A model generated the notes under the pieces. It was not told the origin of the DNA. It worked only from the letters and a program-made list of their open reading frames with translations, and searched no databases. From Eledone cirrhosa (Eukaryota): a stretch of DNA of 64,000 nt. The position numbers and the translations under genes were made by a program. This document shows, in pieces, positions 25,271 to 38,579 of this stretch. The stretch is taken from positions 191,270,001 through 191,334,000 of the forward strand of contig OZ024743.1 in the NCBI GenBank assembly GCA_964016885.1, in the 5' to 3' direction. The first letter of the stretch is position 1, and every line of letters starts with the position of its first letter.

Positions 25271-26474
25271 CCTGTGTATGCATTTATGAATAAACATTAA
25301 GGGTTGAAAATGCACTTAAGAGTATTTCTAGAGACACACATTCGCGCATATGTATGTATGTCTCTATGCATGTATGTTATGTATCTATATGCGTGGGGAC
25401 AGAAATAGTCGGGCTGGATATCCGATCGCGTGGTTAAACCACTGGGAGTGAAGGACCCTAGTCTTTGTCAGAGCATTCTTCTAGAAGGTAACTCAGGAAA
25501 CTGGGATAACTCCGATATAAAACCTGAGGCTTAGTAGTTACCGATGATGTTGAGCTTTTCTTCTTTTCGGGTTATAGCTACTGTCGCTCAGAGAAGAAGA
25601 AGAAGAAGAAGAAGAAGAAGAAGAAGAAGAAGAAGAAGAAGAAGAAGAAGAAGAAGATTATCAGGGTCGGGCCATAATTGTAACTGCTTTGATAATATGC
25701 CTGTGCTCAATGAAGGCTGAAATTAAACGGCATCTCGGTAGGTACCCTCACTAATCGTTATCAGGTGTAAAGTTCATTAATTTCTTATGTACGAAATGCA
25801 AGATTGAACTTCGAATCCAAGCATCTGACTACTGTAAATCAATAGAAAGTAAAGGCAGAATTAAATATAGAAATAAAGAAACGAAATAAATAAACGAACA
25901 CTAAATAAAGAAAGAGAATTTCTTCTTAATTGGAACATATAACTATGAATATCACAGTGTCTACGGATATTTGTTTTGCGTCATTTACTCTCCTAAGAAT
26001 TGTCATAGTCCATAAGCTTTTGCAACGTAAGAAGATAGTAACATTATCACACCATAAGGAATATATATATGTCAAACGAGGCAGAATCCTGTAGAGGAAT
26101 CAATGGCTTATGAAATATATCAGAAGCTTAATTGACTCCCTTAAAATAAATTTTCATCGTTCTACACCACGTGTTCACACCCGGCGAGACTTGAAGAAAC
26201 TAAATTCGGTGAAATAAAAAACTGTTCGTTCATCCTCAGATTCTACCGTCGTAATGAAATACAATATGTTAAATTATTACATAAACACAATGCTAGTTTT
26301 TTTTTAAGAGTACGACTAATCTGGTCATACTAGTGAGACCATAAACAGAATAAAAGTTTAGTTGAAGGAATCTATTTCTGTATATTACTTGTGCTTACAT
26401 TTCACTATACAAAAATTGGGAAAGTTAAAATATATCCTAAAAGTATTTGAACACTGTATTTGAACACTGAATTT

Positions 26475-27727
26475 GAAAACCCAATAGGAAATATTTGGAC
26501 TTATCTCTAATAAATAAATCCTCAAAATACCAAATGTTTCTATTACCACATTGTATCGACTAAGGTAGAGAGAAAATAAGGATGAATAAAGAAAAAGTGT
26601 TTATGATAGAATGATAAAATGTAAAATGATATTTCACATTACTAAAATAATCAATCAAATTGATTGACTTTCCTATAGTTGCACGTTATTCAGTTACAAA
26701 TCAAGAAATTAACTAAATACTATTTTAGTTCATAGCTCTCTTGTCATCGTTATTCGTCTTGCTTTCGAGGGTTAGTAACAATTGGTTTTCTCGTTTTCAA
26801 GCCCTTACAATTGCAAATGGATTGCCCATGACTTTCTGACATTAATGAATTAAAACCAAACAAAAGAAAAAGAAAATCAAATCAGAAAATCTCGGAATTC
26901 AAATATAAAATGTAAATGTTGGTTGAATTCTCTGTTTGAATTCTAGGATTCGGCTGTTTGTTTTTGCAATTATTCTGCGGAATATTTAAATGACATCTCA
27001 CTTTATCCAACGACAGTTCGGCTTTTAACTAGTCTACAATTGTATATGCAAGACTATCCGGCCGTATAATTCCATAACAGTGCGGTTCTGAGCAGGAGAT
27101 TTGCAGAAACGATCGTTATATAAAAAAAAAAATGTTAGTGTCTCTTCTTATCATCAACGACATTTAATAACACACACTATATATATATATATATATATCA
27201 ACTAGAAATTGATTGAGATATATATATCTAAAATAAACACATGAAACAATCACAGGATAATTTGTAAAGTGTGTAAGCACACACAGCTAGGTAGGTAACT
27301 AATTAAAGTTTAACTAGAACTTCAAATATAGATACCTTTTAAAATGATTAATCTTCCTTGTATATATTTCATTATATATATATAGTGTGTGTGTTATTAA
27401 ATGTCGTTGATGTTATGAAGATTAAGTAGTAGGATCGTGTCTAAGTCTGATGAACAGTATTAATGTTCCTCGTCAAAGGTATGAAAACGAAGTTTCAGAA
27501 AACCCAATAGGAAACATTTGGACTTATCTCTAATAAATAAATCCTCAAAATACCAAATGTTTCTATTACCACATTGTATCGACTAAGGTAGAGAGAAAAT
27601 AAGGATGAATAAAGAAAAAGTGTTTATGATAGAATGATAAAATGTAAAATGATATTTCACATTACTAAAATAATCAATCAAATTGATTGACTTTCCTATA
27701 GTTGCACGTTATTCAGTTACAAATCAA
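26475..27727. repeat. 230-bp near-identical direct repeats 1023 bp apart, enclosing a small inverted repeat
   Basis: 26475-26704 vs 27498-27727 (one mismatch seen); inverted repeat 27152-27185/27378-27412. Confidence 0.9.
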
Positions 27728-28299
27728 ATTCAGTTATCATGTATCTAAAACAACCCTTCAAATACTGTAGCCACCAATGGTCTTCCGCTTCTTAGTTTGC
27801 TTAGTTAGTGTTAAAATAATACAATCACCATAGATTATAACTTTTAAGGCACTAACTCATAACATTTCATCTTGTTCTATTAAACGTATAACATTTCATC
27901 GTTGTAATTAAAATCCAAACCCATTGATTTACATGAAATTGTGAAACTGGAAACCATTATTTTGAAGCACTACATGAATCCCACACTTTTATTTTAATGC
28001 TGTGAAGTAAAACTTGAGAAACACACCTCCCGACTGGAAAGCACACCGTAAATTTACTGTCAATATCGACAGCTACAACGCAACAATCAACTTTATGTTG
28101 AGATGACTAAGACGTGAAGTGGAATTAATATACCTTGGATCATGTTTAAGCCTTGCCGGCCGCTCAATAAAGGAGATAAATCTAGTATATTTCCAAATTT
28201 GTAAGGATGCATTGAACATATTTCAACACGCGTGTCTGGTATACTAGTATATTTCTTCCACCATTTCTATCCCAATACTTTTATTATTACTTACGTAGA

Positions 28300-28520
28300 A
28301 TTGGATTGGCAGTATCGGTAAAGCGTCAGAAATCATGTTTTGCAGCATAAAGTTAAGGCCCTATACAGTCTGAGTTAGTTTTAGGCCGAGGTTAGCTTTG
28401 CCTTTCATCCCTACGGGATTAATAAACAACGCTTCTGTACTGCACTGGGATCGATTTAATCGACTTTCCCCTCCTCTTCAAATTGCTGGCCTTGTGCCTA
28501 AAGTAGAAACAATTATTATT
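28300..28520 (+). mobile_element. tRNA-derived SINE copy
   Basis: Homologous to 13384-13573. Confidence 0.75.
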
Positions 28521-29542
28521 TTACCATAAACGCTATTCTAGCTTACATCAACTCTATATCTTCACTTAAAGTAATGATTTTTTTTTCAATATTATATTCT
28601 TTTGCTTTCAAACAGCATATCAGGGAGTGTATTCACAAAATTAACAACATCTATCCCCAGATATGGGCATCCACAAGGATGCATTTATCTAAATATATAA
28701 AGTTAGATTTAATTATTGCAGCCCCTATTTTGACATTTATTATTTTTATTTAAGTTGAACATCCAATCCACACATTCCTATTAAACCATCAAATCATCAA
28801 GCTTCATTAAATATATATTTCTATAGACAAATATATTTCAATTGCTTTTGTTTATGACACTTATAATAAAGCCGGTTATATGTTCTCCTATCAAATTATC
28901 ATTCATGATTATGTAAACTTGTTCGCTTATTTACTTTTGAACAGCGTTTTTATTTCTATTTAGTTTTAATTCACTTTAATATTACACCTTCCTTGTGAAA
29001 TGCGATTACTCTAAATAACAAAATGTAGTCCACGCAACTGTATATTAATGATATGGTCTGACGTTGAAATATATTTGGTATTTTACAATATGCCTCATTT
29101 AGTTCTGACAACATATAGTTTACATATATACACATACACGCATACACCTATTACGTATATGATACAGCTCCGTAAAAATATTTTTATTTATGTTCATCTC
29201 TTTGTACAAATGCTGTATCAGATTTCGTGTTTGCTGCTATTTTCTATCCTTAATACTGTTCTTATTGATCAGATATATGCAGAAAGATTAACTAGCCTTC
29301 ACCACCACGTCATCTTCCACAGACTCAATGTATTTCTAAATACATAATGTATTTGGTTCATTTTAAAACATTATAAGTGGTGAATTGAGAAAGATATGGC
29401 TGCTATTTCTAGCAGTTTGCATGTCTTCGTCTTTCTGATAAGTATTTAATGCGAAAAGGGTAGGGTAGAAAAGAATAGACAATTCCTAGAAATGATAGTG
29501 TAATACTTTAAAGGGAATATCCAGAAACAACATGAGAAATAC

Positions 29543-29623
<81 letters not shown>

Positions 29624-31319
29624 TTCTTTCTGTCATCCTATAACTTTAACTATTACAGCACACAAGTATTTAAAAACACACACGTTCTCTCTTTTTCCCT
29701 TTCTATAACTTTCACTCTTATACAGATGTTTAAACACATATTCTCCTTCTCTCTCTCTCTCTATCACTCTTTCTATTTAACACTCCCACACTTATTTCTA
29801 TTTTCTTTCACTGAAAACATCCAGTTGTATGTAGACATACTCGTATATATCTCTGCAAAATAAATCTTGCTTTCAAACACTTTAGAATGACTGAACATAT
29901 TGTCAAGTATGGTGCATTTAAATCTTACTTTACCGGCTTCACTGACTCGAATAAATTTCTAACAGAATCTTTGTCTTTATTTCTGAATCCAAACAGGCAA
30001 ATCAGCACACGTAATTCCAAGCCATTTTGTGCTGAACAAATAATATCGTTTCAAGCAAAGCATCAGGCGTGAAATATTGCATTTTCTCACATCTTATACA
30101 GCGTCAATCGCACAATATACCTCTTGCCACGTGTTACAAATGCAGCGAAGAACGCATTGACAGTGTTACTATTTGCGAAAAACATACTTGACTGATTTTT
30201 GGATAACATCCGAACAACAATTGTTCACTGGCACGTAAATTGAAATTTATGATGAATTTTCCGTTTCAGCGAAGTATTTTTATGAAACACGTATTGTTTT
30301 TATTTTATTTTGGTTTGTTTGTTTGTTTCTCTTTTTGTGGGAAGAGAATATAATTATACATAACATAGACGGTGAAATGGATTACATATATCATAACAGT
30401 TCTGAAACTAAGAAATATAGAAACCAATTGAACGAATTATATTTGAAAGAAGAAGCCATATTGACCCAAATAGCAGGAAACATTGTACAGAATGTCACTT
30501 ACATGATTTATTTCTAAAAGAAATGTATCATAAAAACATATTCGAAAGCAAATTCAAACTTGCATTATTACAAATGTGTTGTTTTGCATAGGTGGCAAAT
30601 TACCTTGAGTGGTTTGAAATCGTAGTTACAACATTGAAGATGGTGTCAAGATGTAATAATTCTATCCAATTGGTATTGAATTTGGGGAAAACCATTATAT
30701 ACCAGTTATTCTATACTGAGTACTTAATACATTCTTGTCTTTGAGGAACGTAATCTGACATTGATAATAATTTAATAATATTTTCCAACGTGTTTTGTTT
30801 TGACTTTTTAGTTTTATTGCTGCACAAACACATTTCCGAAATTAGTGAAAGATATACAGGAATATTTGTATCTTGGATTAATTTCTAAAAGTATTAAATC
30901 AAGTCTTTCTATAACACATAAGAAATCGTTAAATCGCAAACAAAAGTTACGTTTTTCTTTAGCGTTCCTGGATTGTGTCAGCCACCTCTACACTGTTGAA
31001 TACGTCCTAAAACCCTGTCTGAAAAGCAAATATTTTACTACCATTTCATAATATCATATTACAATGTATCTCTTTAATAAAAAAAAAAAACAGTTGTTGT
31101 TTAGCCGCACGTCAACCCTGATAAAAATGTTACCACGCTGACAATCATGCTGTTGCTAGAGGTAACAGTGCATTATACAATGCGCTACTTTTGTTATTTT
31201 AAGATTATAGAATCTGATGTTGAGGTGAGGAAATTCTACGGATATTTTAATCACGTCGAGCGACCGCAGTGACAGCACATGTGGAGTATCTTTGGTGAGT
31301 GTTTAAGACTATCCCAAGA

Positions 31320-32110
31320 GGAAAGAGAATGGATGAAAGCGAACAGGTCACAAATATTAATTGTTTCCACGTTAGGCACAAGGCCAGCAATTACCCAGTG
31401 CATTACTGGTACTTTATTTTATCGACCCCGTAAGGAAGAAAGCCAAAGTCAACTTCGGCGGGATTTGAACTCGGAATGGCAAGGGCCGTAACTCTATACG
31501 TCAAAGCATGGCGTCCGACCCTTTACCAATACTGCCAATCCACCGCCCTTACAAATATTAATATACGGTCACAAATATTAATATACGCTCGTCAGATCTC
31601 AACCTTCAACAGTTTCGACGAATCAATGAGATTACTGCAGAGAGTAGGAGGCTCGTAACGGAGAAATAAATATCTTCGTTCATATAATGTTTGCCTTGGG
31701 ACAGGTTAGAGAGAGAGAGAAAGATGGAGTGTGTCCGATCGCCCTCAAGATGTCGCGAGAAAGGAAGAATAACGTTGTCGTAAGTAAAGCTGGCCTGTAG
31801 AAGGGAGAGGTGCAGGAAGAAGGTAACAGTGGGAGGAAGAGAGTGAAGATAAGGAGCAAGGATAGAGAAGGGAGAGATAGAAAGAATGAAAGCATGGGGG
31901 ACAGAGGAAGAGGGAAGAAAGGACAACTCACCTCAGGCATGATATCAATCCGCGTTAGACGGCTAAGGTAGCTTTTGAAGGTATAAACAAATTAATTCGA
32001 AAATAGAGCTTTGAGACGCGAGTCATCTCATTAATTCGTCGAAACTGCAGGAGATCTAAAGAACATATTTTAATGTTTGTGATCTGTTCGCCTTCATCCA
32101 ATCTTTTTCA
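31320..32110. mobile_element. Old inverted-repeat element with a degenerate HHR (32005-32057), interrupted by a SINE
   Basis: Left arm 31320-31633 mirrors 32020-32110; gacg...cgtc GAAA ctgcag remnant. Confidence 0.5.
31360..31549 (-). mobile_element. tRNA-derived SINE copy with target duplication
   Basis: Homologous to 13384-13573; flanked by acaaatattaat on both sides. Confidence 0.8.
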
Positions 32111-32310
32111 TACTTCCTATCTTCTCTTACTTCCTTCGAGTCAACTCACATCAAGCCGCTGATCTCTGTCTTTCGAGGTAATATTTTACCCAACACAGCT
32201 TCGACGGTATTAGTAGATTTTTAGACTTATTTTAGGAAAAAAGCAGCGTCTTTGACGCCGGGAAATACTATATATCTATATATCCATCTATCTATCTATC
32301 TATCTCTCTC

Positions 32311-32801
32311 TTTCAAAAACGAAAGAGAGGCGGTTTTCCTCTGTACGGTGGCTATGGTGAAAGAAATTATATGGTGGACGAGGTTGAGAGGACTGAGGAC
32401 AGATGCCTTTCTCTCCGGACAACAATTGATTCCATTCTTTAAGTATCACTTTAGAAGGAGAATCAAAGTGGAGAGAGAGGCATTGCACCCCAGTAAATTT
32501 ACTGAAAGGTGGGTGAATGAAGCGAAAATGGCCCGAGTGATTGGGCCTTCTCTGTTTATAAGCCTGTAGGTTAAAGAAGAGAGCAAAAGGAAGAAAGGAG
32601 CACTTGCACAACACGCTCCTTGAGTTGAGGGTTGTTCTATCGACGGGGTATTAAACAACCCATTTGTGGCGCCTCCCCCCTATTGGGGATTTCGATTGTT
32701 GAAGTTGTTTGTTTTTATATTTTTTTACACGACTGTATGTAAAATCCCCGGCATGTCTTTGTATTGTCCCCTTTCTTGTTGCGCCCTTGTGGCTAATAAA
32801 G

Positions 32802-32803
<2 letters not shown>
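32311..32803 (+). mobile_element. 5'-truncated Tx1/L1-like element in a (TC)n tract
   Basis: Open C-terminal frame KEIIWWTR...FTERW ending at 32569; 3' UTR ends aataaagaaa; (TC)n on both sides. Confidence 0.65.
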
Positions 32804-32879
<76 letters not shown>

Positions 32880-33476
32880 ATGCATGCGTGTGTGTGTGTA
32901 TGGGGATGGCGTCCGCTACGATAACGTGGCTCTCGAAGAGCATCTACCTGGTGATAAACGGTGATATCTGTTGGCGAAAGGCAGATCTACCGCGTCAATA
33001 TATATATAATGTCTACTCCACACAGTTGATGACTATCTTAGATTTCAAAACATGCTCCTGTATTGGTCATTATGTAGACCCTAATAAGAATATATAGCTA
33101 AGAGAGAAGCATGCTTCAAAATATAAAGTAGCGTTCAACTTTGTCGGGCAGTAACTTTTCCCTTCATCCTTTCCACAAAATGCTTTGGCATGGCTAATTA
33201 TATTCAAAGTTGCAACCTTGAGTATTCAGTTTATCATCATATCTGTACATATCAAAGTTTTCCTTTTCTCTTTGAACTGTTTATTTTAGAATGATTTGAG
33301 TTGACATTCTGTCACAGCAGAGCCGGGAGAATCATCAGATTACCAAAGTCGAAAAAATAAGTGTATATATATATATTGGCTGCCTAATGGAAGTAGAATA
33401 CTTCAATACATGCTGTTTCCAGGGACAACCACTTAAAGATATCGCAGATGCTAAAAGTATGGAAACGCACCACCAC

Positions 33477-33562
<86 letters not shown>

Positions 33563-33576
33563 ATATATATATACAT

Positions 33577-33687
<111 letters not shown>

Positions 33688-33708
33688 GTGGCTACGTGTG
33701 TGTGTGTG

Positions 33709-33762
<54 letters not shown>

Positions 33763-33767
33763 CACAC

Positions 33768-34327
<560 letters not shown>

Positions 34328-34467
34328 TAGAGAGAACACTGGAAGGTAATACCCGTAGTGGTAGAGCACTCAGTCCATGGGACGAGTTAGGTAGAAGTGG
34401 TAAGACATCAGTTAAGCTCACCATACCGAGAACAATTGATTCACCTTAGCGGATCCTCAGCTCTTAC

Positions 34468-34507
34468 CCGAGTTGATGACCCGGTCGGGCGAAACAATTG
34501 TTCTCGG
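34468..34507 (+). ncRNA. Minimal hammerhead (core UUGAUGA) in a small fold-back element 34335-34516
   Basis: Stem I ccgag/ctcgg; stem II cccg/cggg; GAAA; palindromic acaattgt; 21-bp inverted repeat 34418-34438/34495-34515. Confidence 0.6.
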
Positions 34508-34537
34508 TATGGTGAAATATATATATATATTTATATA

Positions 34538-34571
<34 letters not shown>

Positions 34572-34883
34572 CAGTTCAAGATTAACCAATCTTAAAGAGG
34601 GAGATGGAGATAGGAGAGGAGATAGGAGCGGAGAGAGTGGTGAATTAGTTAGAAGCCAAAGCGTAAAGGCATGTGCTCAATGTGCAATATGCAGTAGAAA
34701 GCAGCTAGGTGGCTGGGTTCATGCAGAAGTTAGAAGTGCGCAGACCTGGAAATATTCATTAGTTAAGCAAAACAAGGCCATACATTTCATAAGGAAGACA
34801 TTATTAAAAGATTGTCAACATATTTTAGTTTGATGTAAGGAATGTAGAGAATAATAATAATAATATTAATAATAATAATGTCC

Positions 34884-35002
34884 ATTTACAATTGTTTCGC
34901 TACTCCATATAATTGTTCTGGATCAGATGACTATATATCATTATTGATCTGGTTCAGTTGAAAATAATTAACATATTTAAAAACAGAGCGGCTCATCGGA
35001 AT
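34884..35002 (-). ncRNA. Hammerhead with long loop II, left pLTR
   Basis: att-CCGAUGA-gccgctct...ggagtagc-GAAA-caattg-UA-aat. Confidence 0.65.
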
Positions 35003-35664
35003 TTCAAAGGAATATAAATTAAAATAAGGAGAGAATGTTACATAATGTATGATTCCATATATGTTGCTTAAATTAAGCAACATTGAACACTCACTAAAAT
35101 GGGATATCGTAGCTAGAGCCCAACCCTTCAATGGACCAAGAAAATCTTGTGATCTCTGTATTACCGAAGCATATTACATAATTCTATCACGACCTCTACC
35201 GATTAACGATAGAAGGGAGGTAAGTATTAGCTGTCAACATCGAGGGGCTAATTCCTTCGCCAATAGAATATTTGACCCAACATAGTCATCTAGCCCCATT
35301 TTCACTTCTAGCTAATAAGTTAAATAGCTATAACTAACTTAGATAATTATAAGTTACCTCCCCTACATTGTCTCTTAATTAAAAATAATTACAAATTAGC
35401 ACTTAACTATAAACTACCCACAATTTCTAATTTCTTGAGGAGTTACTTCCCCTGAAACCACCCTCTAATTAGTAAGGTAAATATGTCCTTTGGCGGCCAT
35501 CTTGTTACCCATAGGCAGATCTCACACAATGCAGCCTCGACAGATGAATACTGATTGATTATGGCTGACAACTGATACAACCAGGACACCATAGTGAAAC
35601 ACCAATATATGGAACATTACATTATGTAACATTCTCTCCTTATTTTAATTTATATTCATTTGAA

Positions 35665-35785
35665 GTTCCGATGAGCCGCTCTGTTTTTAAATATGTTAAT
35701 TATTTTCAACTGAACCAGATCAATAATGATATATATAGTCATCTGATCCAGAAATATTATATGGCGTAGCGAAACAATTGTAAAC
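35665..35785 (+). ncRNA. Hammerhead with long loop II, right pLTR
   Basis: gtt-CCGAUGA-gccgct...ggcgtagc-GAAA-caattg-UA-aac. Confidence 0.65.
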
Positions 35786-36314
35786 GGACATTATTATTAT
35801 TAATATTATTATTATTATTCTCTACATTCTTACATCAAACTAAAATATGTTGACAATCTTTTAATAATGTCTTCCTTATGAAATTTGTGGCCTTGTTTTG
35901 CTTAACTAATGAATATATATATATATATATGATGGCCGCAAACTCGTTTTCTACCATTGCCATCGCCTGATGAAATGTTCAAAAATGTGAGCCACGAATG
36001 TGTCTCTTCTTGGACTTTCCACAGCTTTATTCTTACTGTGTTCTCGTGTGTCTTTTGAATCCTCCCGTGCTTGTACATCCCTACACCTTTTCATATCATG
36101 CTGTTCATAATCTACATGGTGTCTACTGATATGACTTTGTTCATGCCTTATTAGACCAGATTTGCACAGACAAATTCGACCAGAGTGCTGGCAAACCAGG
36201 TATTGCTAAACAGCAGGCATTTCAGAACAGTTCCCCTTCCTCGATTTCCTTTTCAGCTTTTGCTGTTCCATTCGACGATATTTTCAAAGTATATATATAT
36301 ATATATATATATAT

Positions 36315-36588
36315 GCAAAAGTTCTATTTAAATTGTTGGGATACAACAAGCAAATATGTTTATAACTGATATAAAGCACTCAACAAGTATTTGGAGTAAA
36401 CATACGATATTAACAAATGGAAACTATATTTATAAAACCATATTTATTTTATTATACATATTTCAAGTACACCACGTTAAGTTATGGTGTGCTCTGATGA
36501 AAGCACACCATAACTTAACGTGGTGTACTTGAAATATGTATAATAAAATAAATATGGTTTTATAAATATAGTTTCCATTTGTTAATAT
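36315..36588. mobile_element. Fold-back mini-element (family F)
   Basis: Apparently perfect 87-bp arms 36407-36493/36502-36588 with loop ctgatgaa (HHR core); 90-nt extra tail homologous to 55820-55908. Confidence 0.9.
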
Positions 36589-36712
36589 ATATATATATAT
36601 ATATATACAACATATATGCCCCGACAGACGCACCCACACGCATTTATATATACATACCTGTGTGTACGTGTGTGCGTGCATATATATGTATGTATATATA
36701 TAAGTGTTTGTG

Positions 36713-37100
36713 TGTGAAGGGGCATGGCTTTGTAGTTAGCGCGTTGAGCTTGCAATTGAGAGGTTGTGAGTTCGATTCTCGGAACGGGTGATGCAATTTG
36801 TCCTTGAGCAAAACACTTTATTTCACATTGTTCCAGTTCACTCAGCTGTAGCAATGTGTTATGACGTCACAGGTGCCAAGCTGTATCAGCCATTGCTTAT
36901 CGCTTGGACAATATCGGTGACCATATATTTGCACCTAGAAAGTTTCCTTCCGAGGCACAAGCCTGGGCAATGTTTGTTTGTCCCAAAGGGGAGACTGGTA
37001 AACATGGGTCACTGCTAGGCTTCCACAAACAAACATTGACCAGGCCTGTGCCTCGGAAGGAAACTTTCTAGGTGCAAATATATGGTCATTAGTGACCGAT
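36713..37100 (+). mobile_element. tRNA-derived SINE with CORE-like block and fold-back 3' part
   Basis: B-box gagttcgattct, block gtccttgagcaaaacacttt; inverted repeat 36918-36981/37025-37088. Confidence 0.7.
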
Positions 37101-37119
37101 GGAGGCCTATATATATACA

Positions 37120-37165
<46 letters not shown>

Positions 37166-37961
37166 GGGGCGGTGCATTTGTATAATTTTAACATCTGCGA
37201 TACCTCTAAGTGATGCCTGAAAACAGCCTGTATTCAAATATTTTAGCCGATGTCGAAGGTCTTTCAGTGGTCTGAGAATTTACCTTCCATATCTACAGTA
37301 TTACTCATGGCGTAAGCTCAACGTCGCTTATTTCCGTTTCCACTACTGGAAGACTTGAGAGTGAAGTACGTGAGAACTATAAAGGAAAGAATGGGTTGAG
37401 ATCGCCACTCGTTTCACCATATCAGTAAGACACGCAATAAAATTCATTTATAATTAGGGTATCTCTTTTATTTCAAACATACTATATTTATAACACGACT
37501 ATACTCTTGTTTGATCATTTTCACTAAGGAATTTTCGTATATCCTCATTAGCTCGTTTCGCTTAATTTCGAACAGCAGCGTTCTTAAACCCGCCTCCCTA
37601 TTAATGTTTCGAAACCTTCCGAATCAGAATGATTATTCTAATGACCAGTAAATATCATGGGAGTGATAGGAGATCTCGGGCGGCTGATTTAAATTTGTTC
37701 AACTGTTTAAGCTTGCCAGTTATTATAATTGGTTTCGCGAATGCCGTTACTGTGTGTTCATTTTTGGTTTATATTCAGATATTTGTAGAACCTCCATAAT
37801 GTTCACCTAGTTTTGTAGTTCTGTATGGAATTCTATATAGAATTGTAGTTTTATCACAGTTTTGTCATGCACCGAATGGAAATGTGTTGCAATGCATCCT
37901 TGCGGTAATTGCATGGTCCATCGACGGGACAGTGCAATACTTGTTTGAACGATGTAAAACG

Positions 37962-38579
37962 TTTGTAGATGAAGTTCAAAACATTGATATTTGCATTGAA
38001 ATTCAATTGATCATTTCCCGTACGTTCTGCGGTTTACCAGCCAGTCTGTGGTTGCATCTTAATAAGGAGAGGGTGTTGGCAGTTTTTAATATATTCTGAG
38101 TATGGGTTTATGACTAGGATCGATGTAAATTTTGTGTTTTTTAAATAAGTTTTGTTCATCCATTGTCTAACCAGGATGCATGTGCTTCTTGCAGTATCCG
38201 AATGTGTGATTTTGTATTTTGTCTCAGTGCTGCTTTTGTGTATCATTGTGACTAAGTTTGTTCATATATTCTTCTATACAATGATCCACTAATGTGTTGG
38301 ATAAACAGGCAAAATTTCCGTAGTTAAAAAGTCCTTCGTGTATGAGAATTTAAAACACATCTAATGCAAGATTTACCTACGGTCATTTGATATCTGTGTG
38401 GCCCTTGCTATCTACGATTATATAATCGTAGTCATAAACCCATACTCAGAATATATTAAAAACTGCCAGCACCCTCTCCTTATTAACATGCAACCACAGA
38501 CTGATAAACCACAGAATGTACGGGAAATGATCAATTGAATTTCAATGCAAATATGAATGTTTTGAACTTCATATACAAA
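37962..38579. repeat. ~155-bp inverted repeat with a 300-bp spacer
   Basis: 37962-38120 mirrors 38425-38579. Confidence 0.85.

Larger units (their letters stand above)
34572..35916 (+). mobile_element. 5'-truncated PLE with ~300-bp inverted pLTRs
   Basis: Arms 34752-35049/35618-35916; spacer ORF 35049-35285 WDIV..AQPF...CDLC.TE..YI...IN.R.E...CQHR, a PLE endonuclease C-terminus. Confidence 0.9.

Noticed and set aside
33020-33345. HHR-like words (ttgatga at 33027; ctgatga on the minus strand at 33331)
   Set aside because: GAAA and stems cannot be placed consistently
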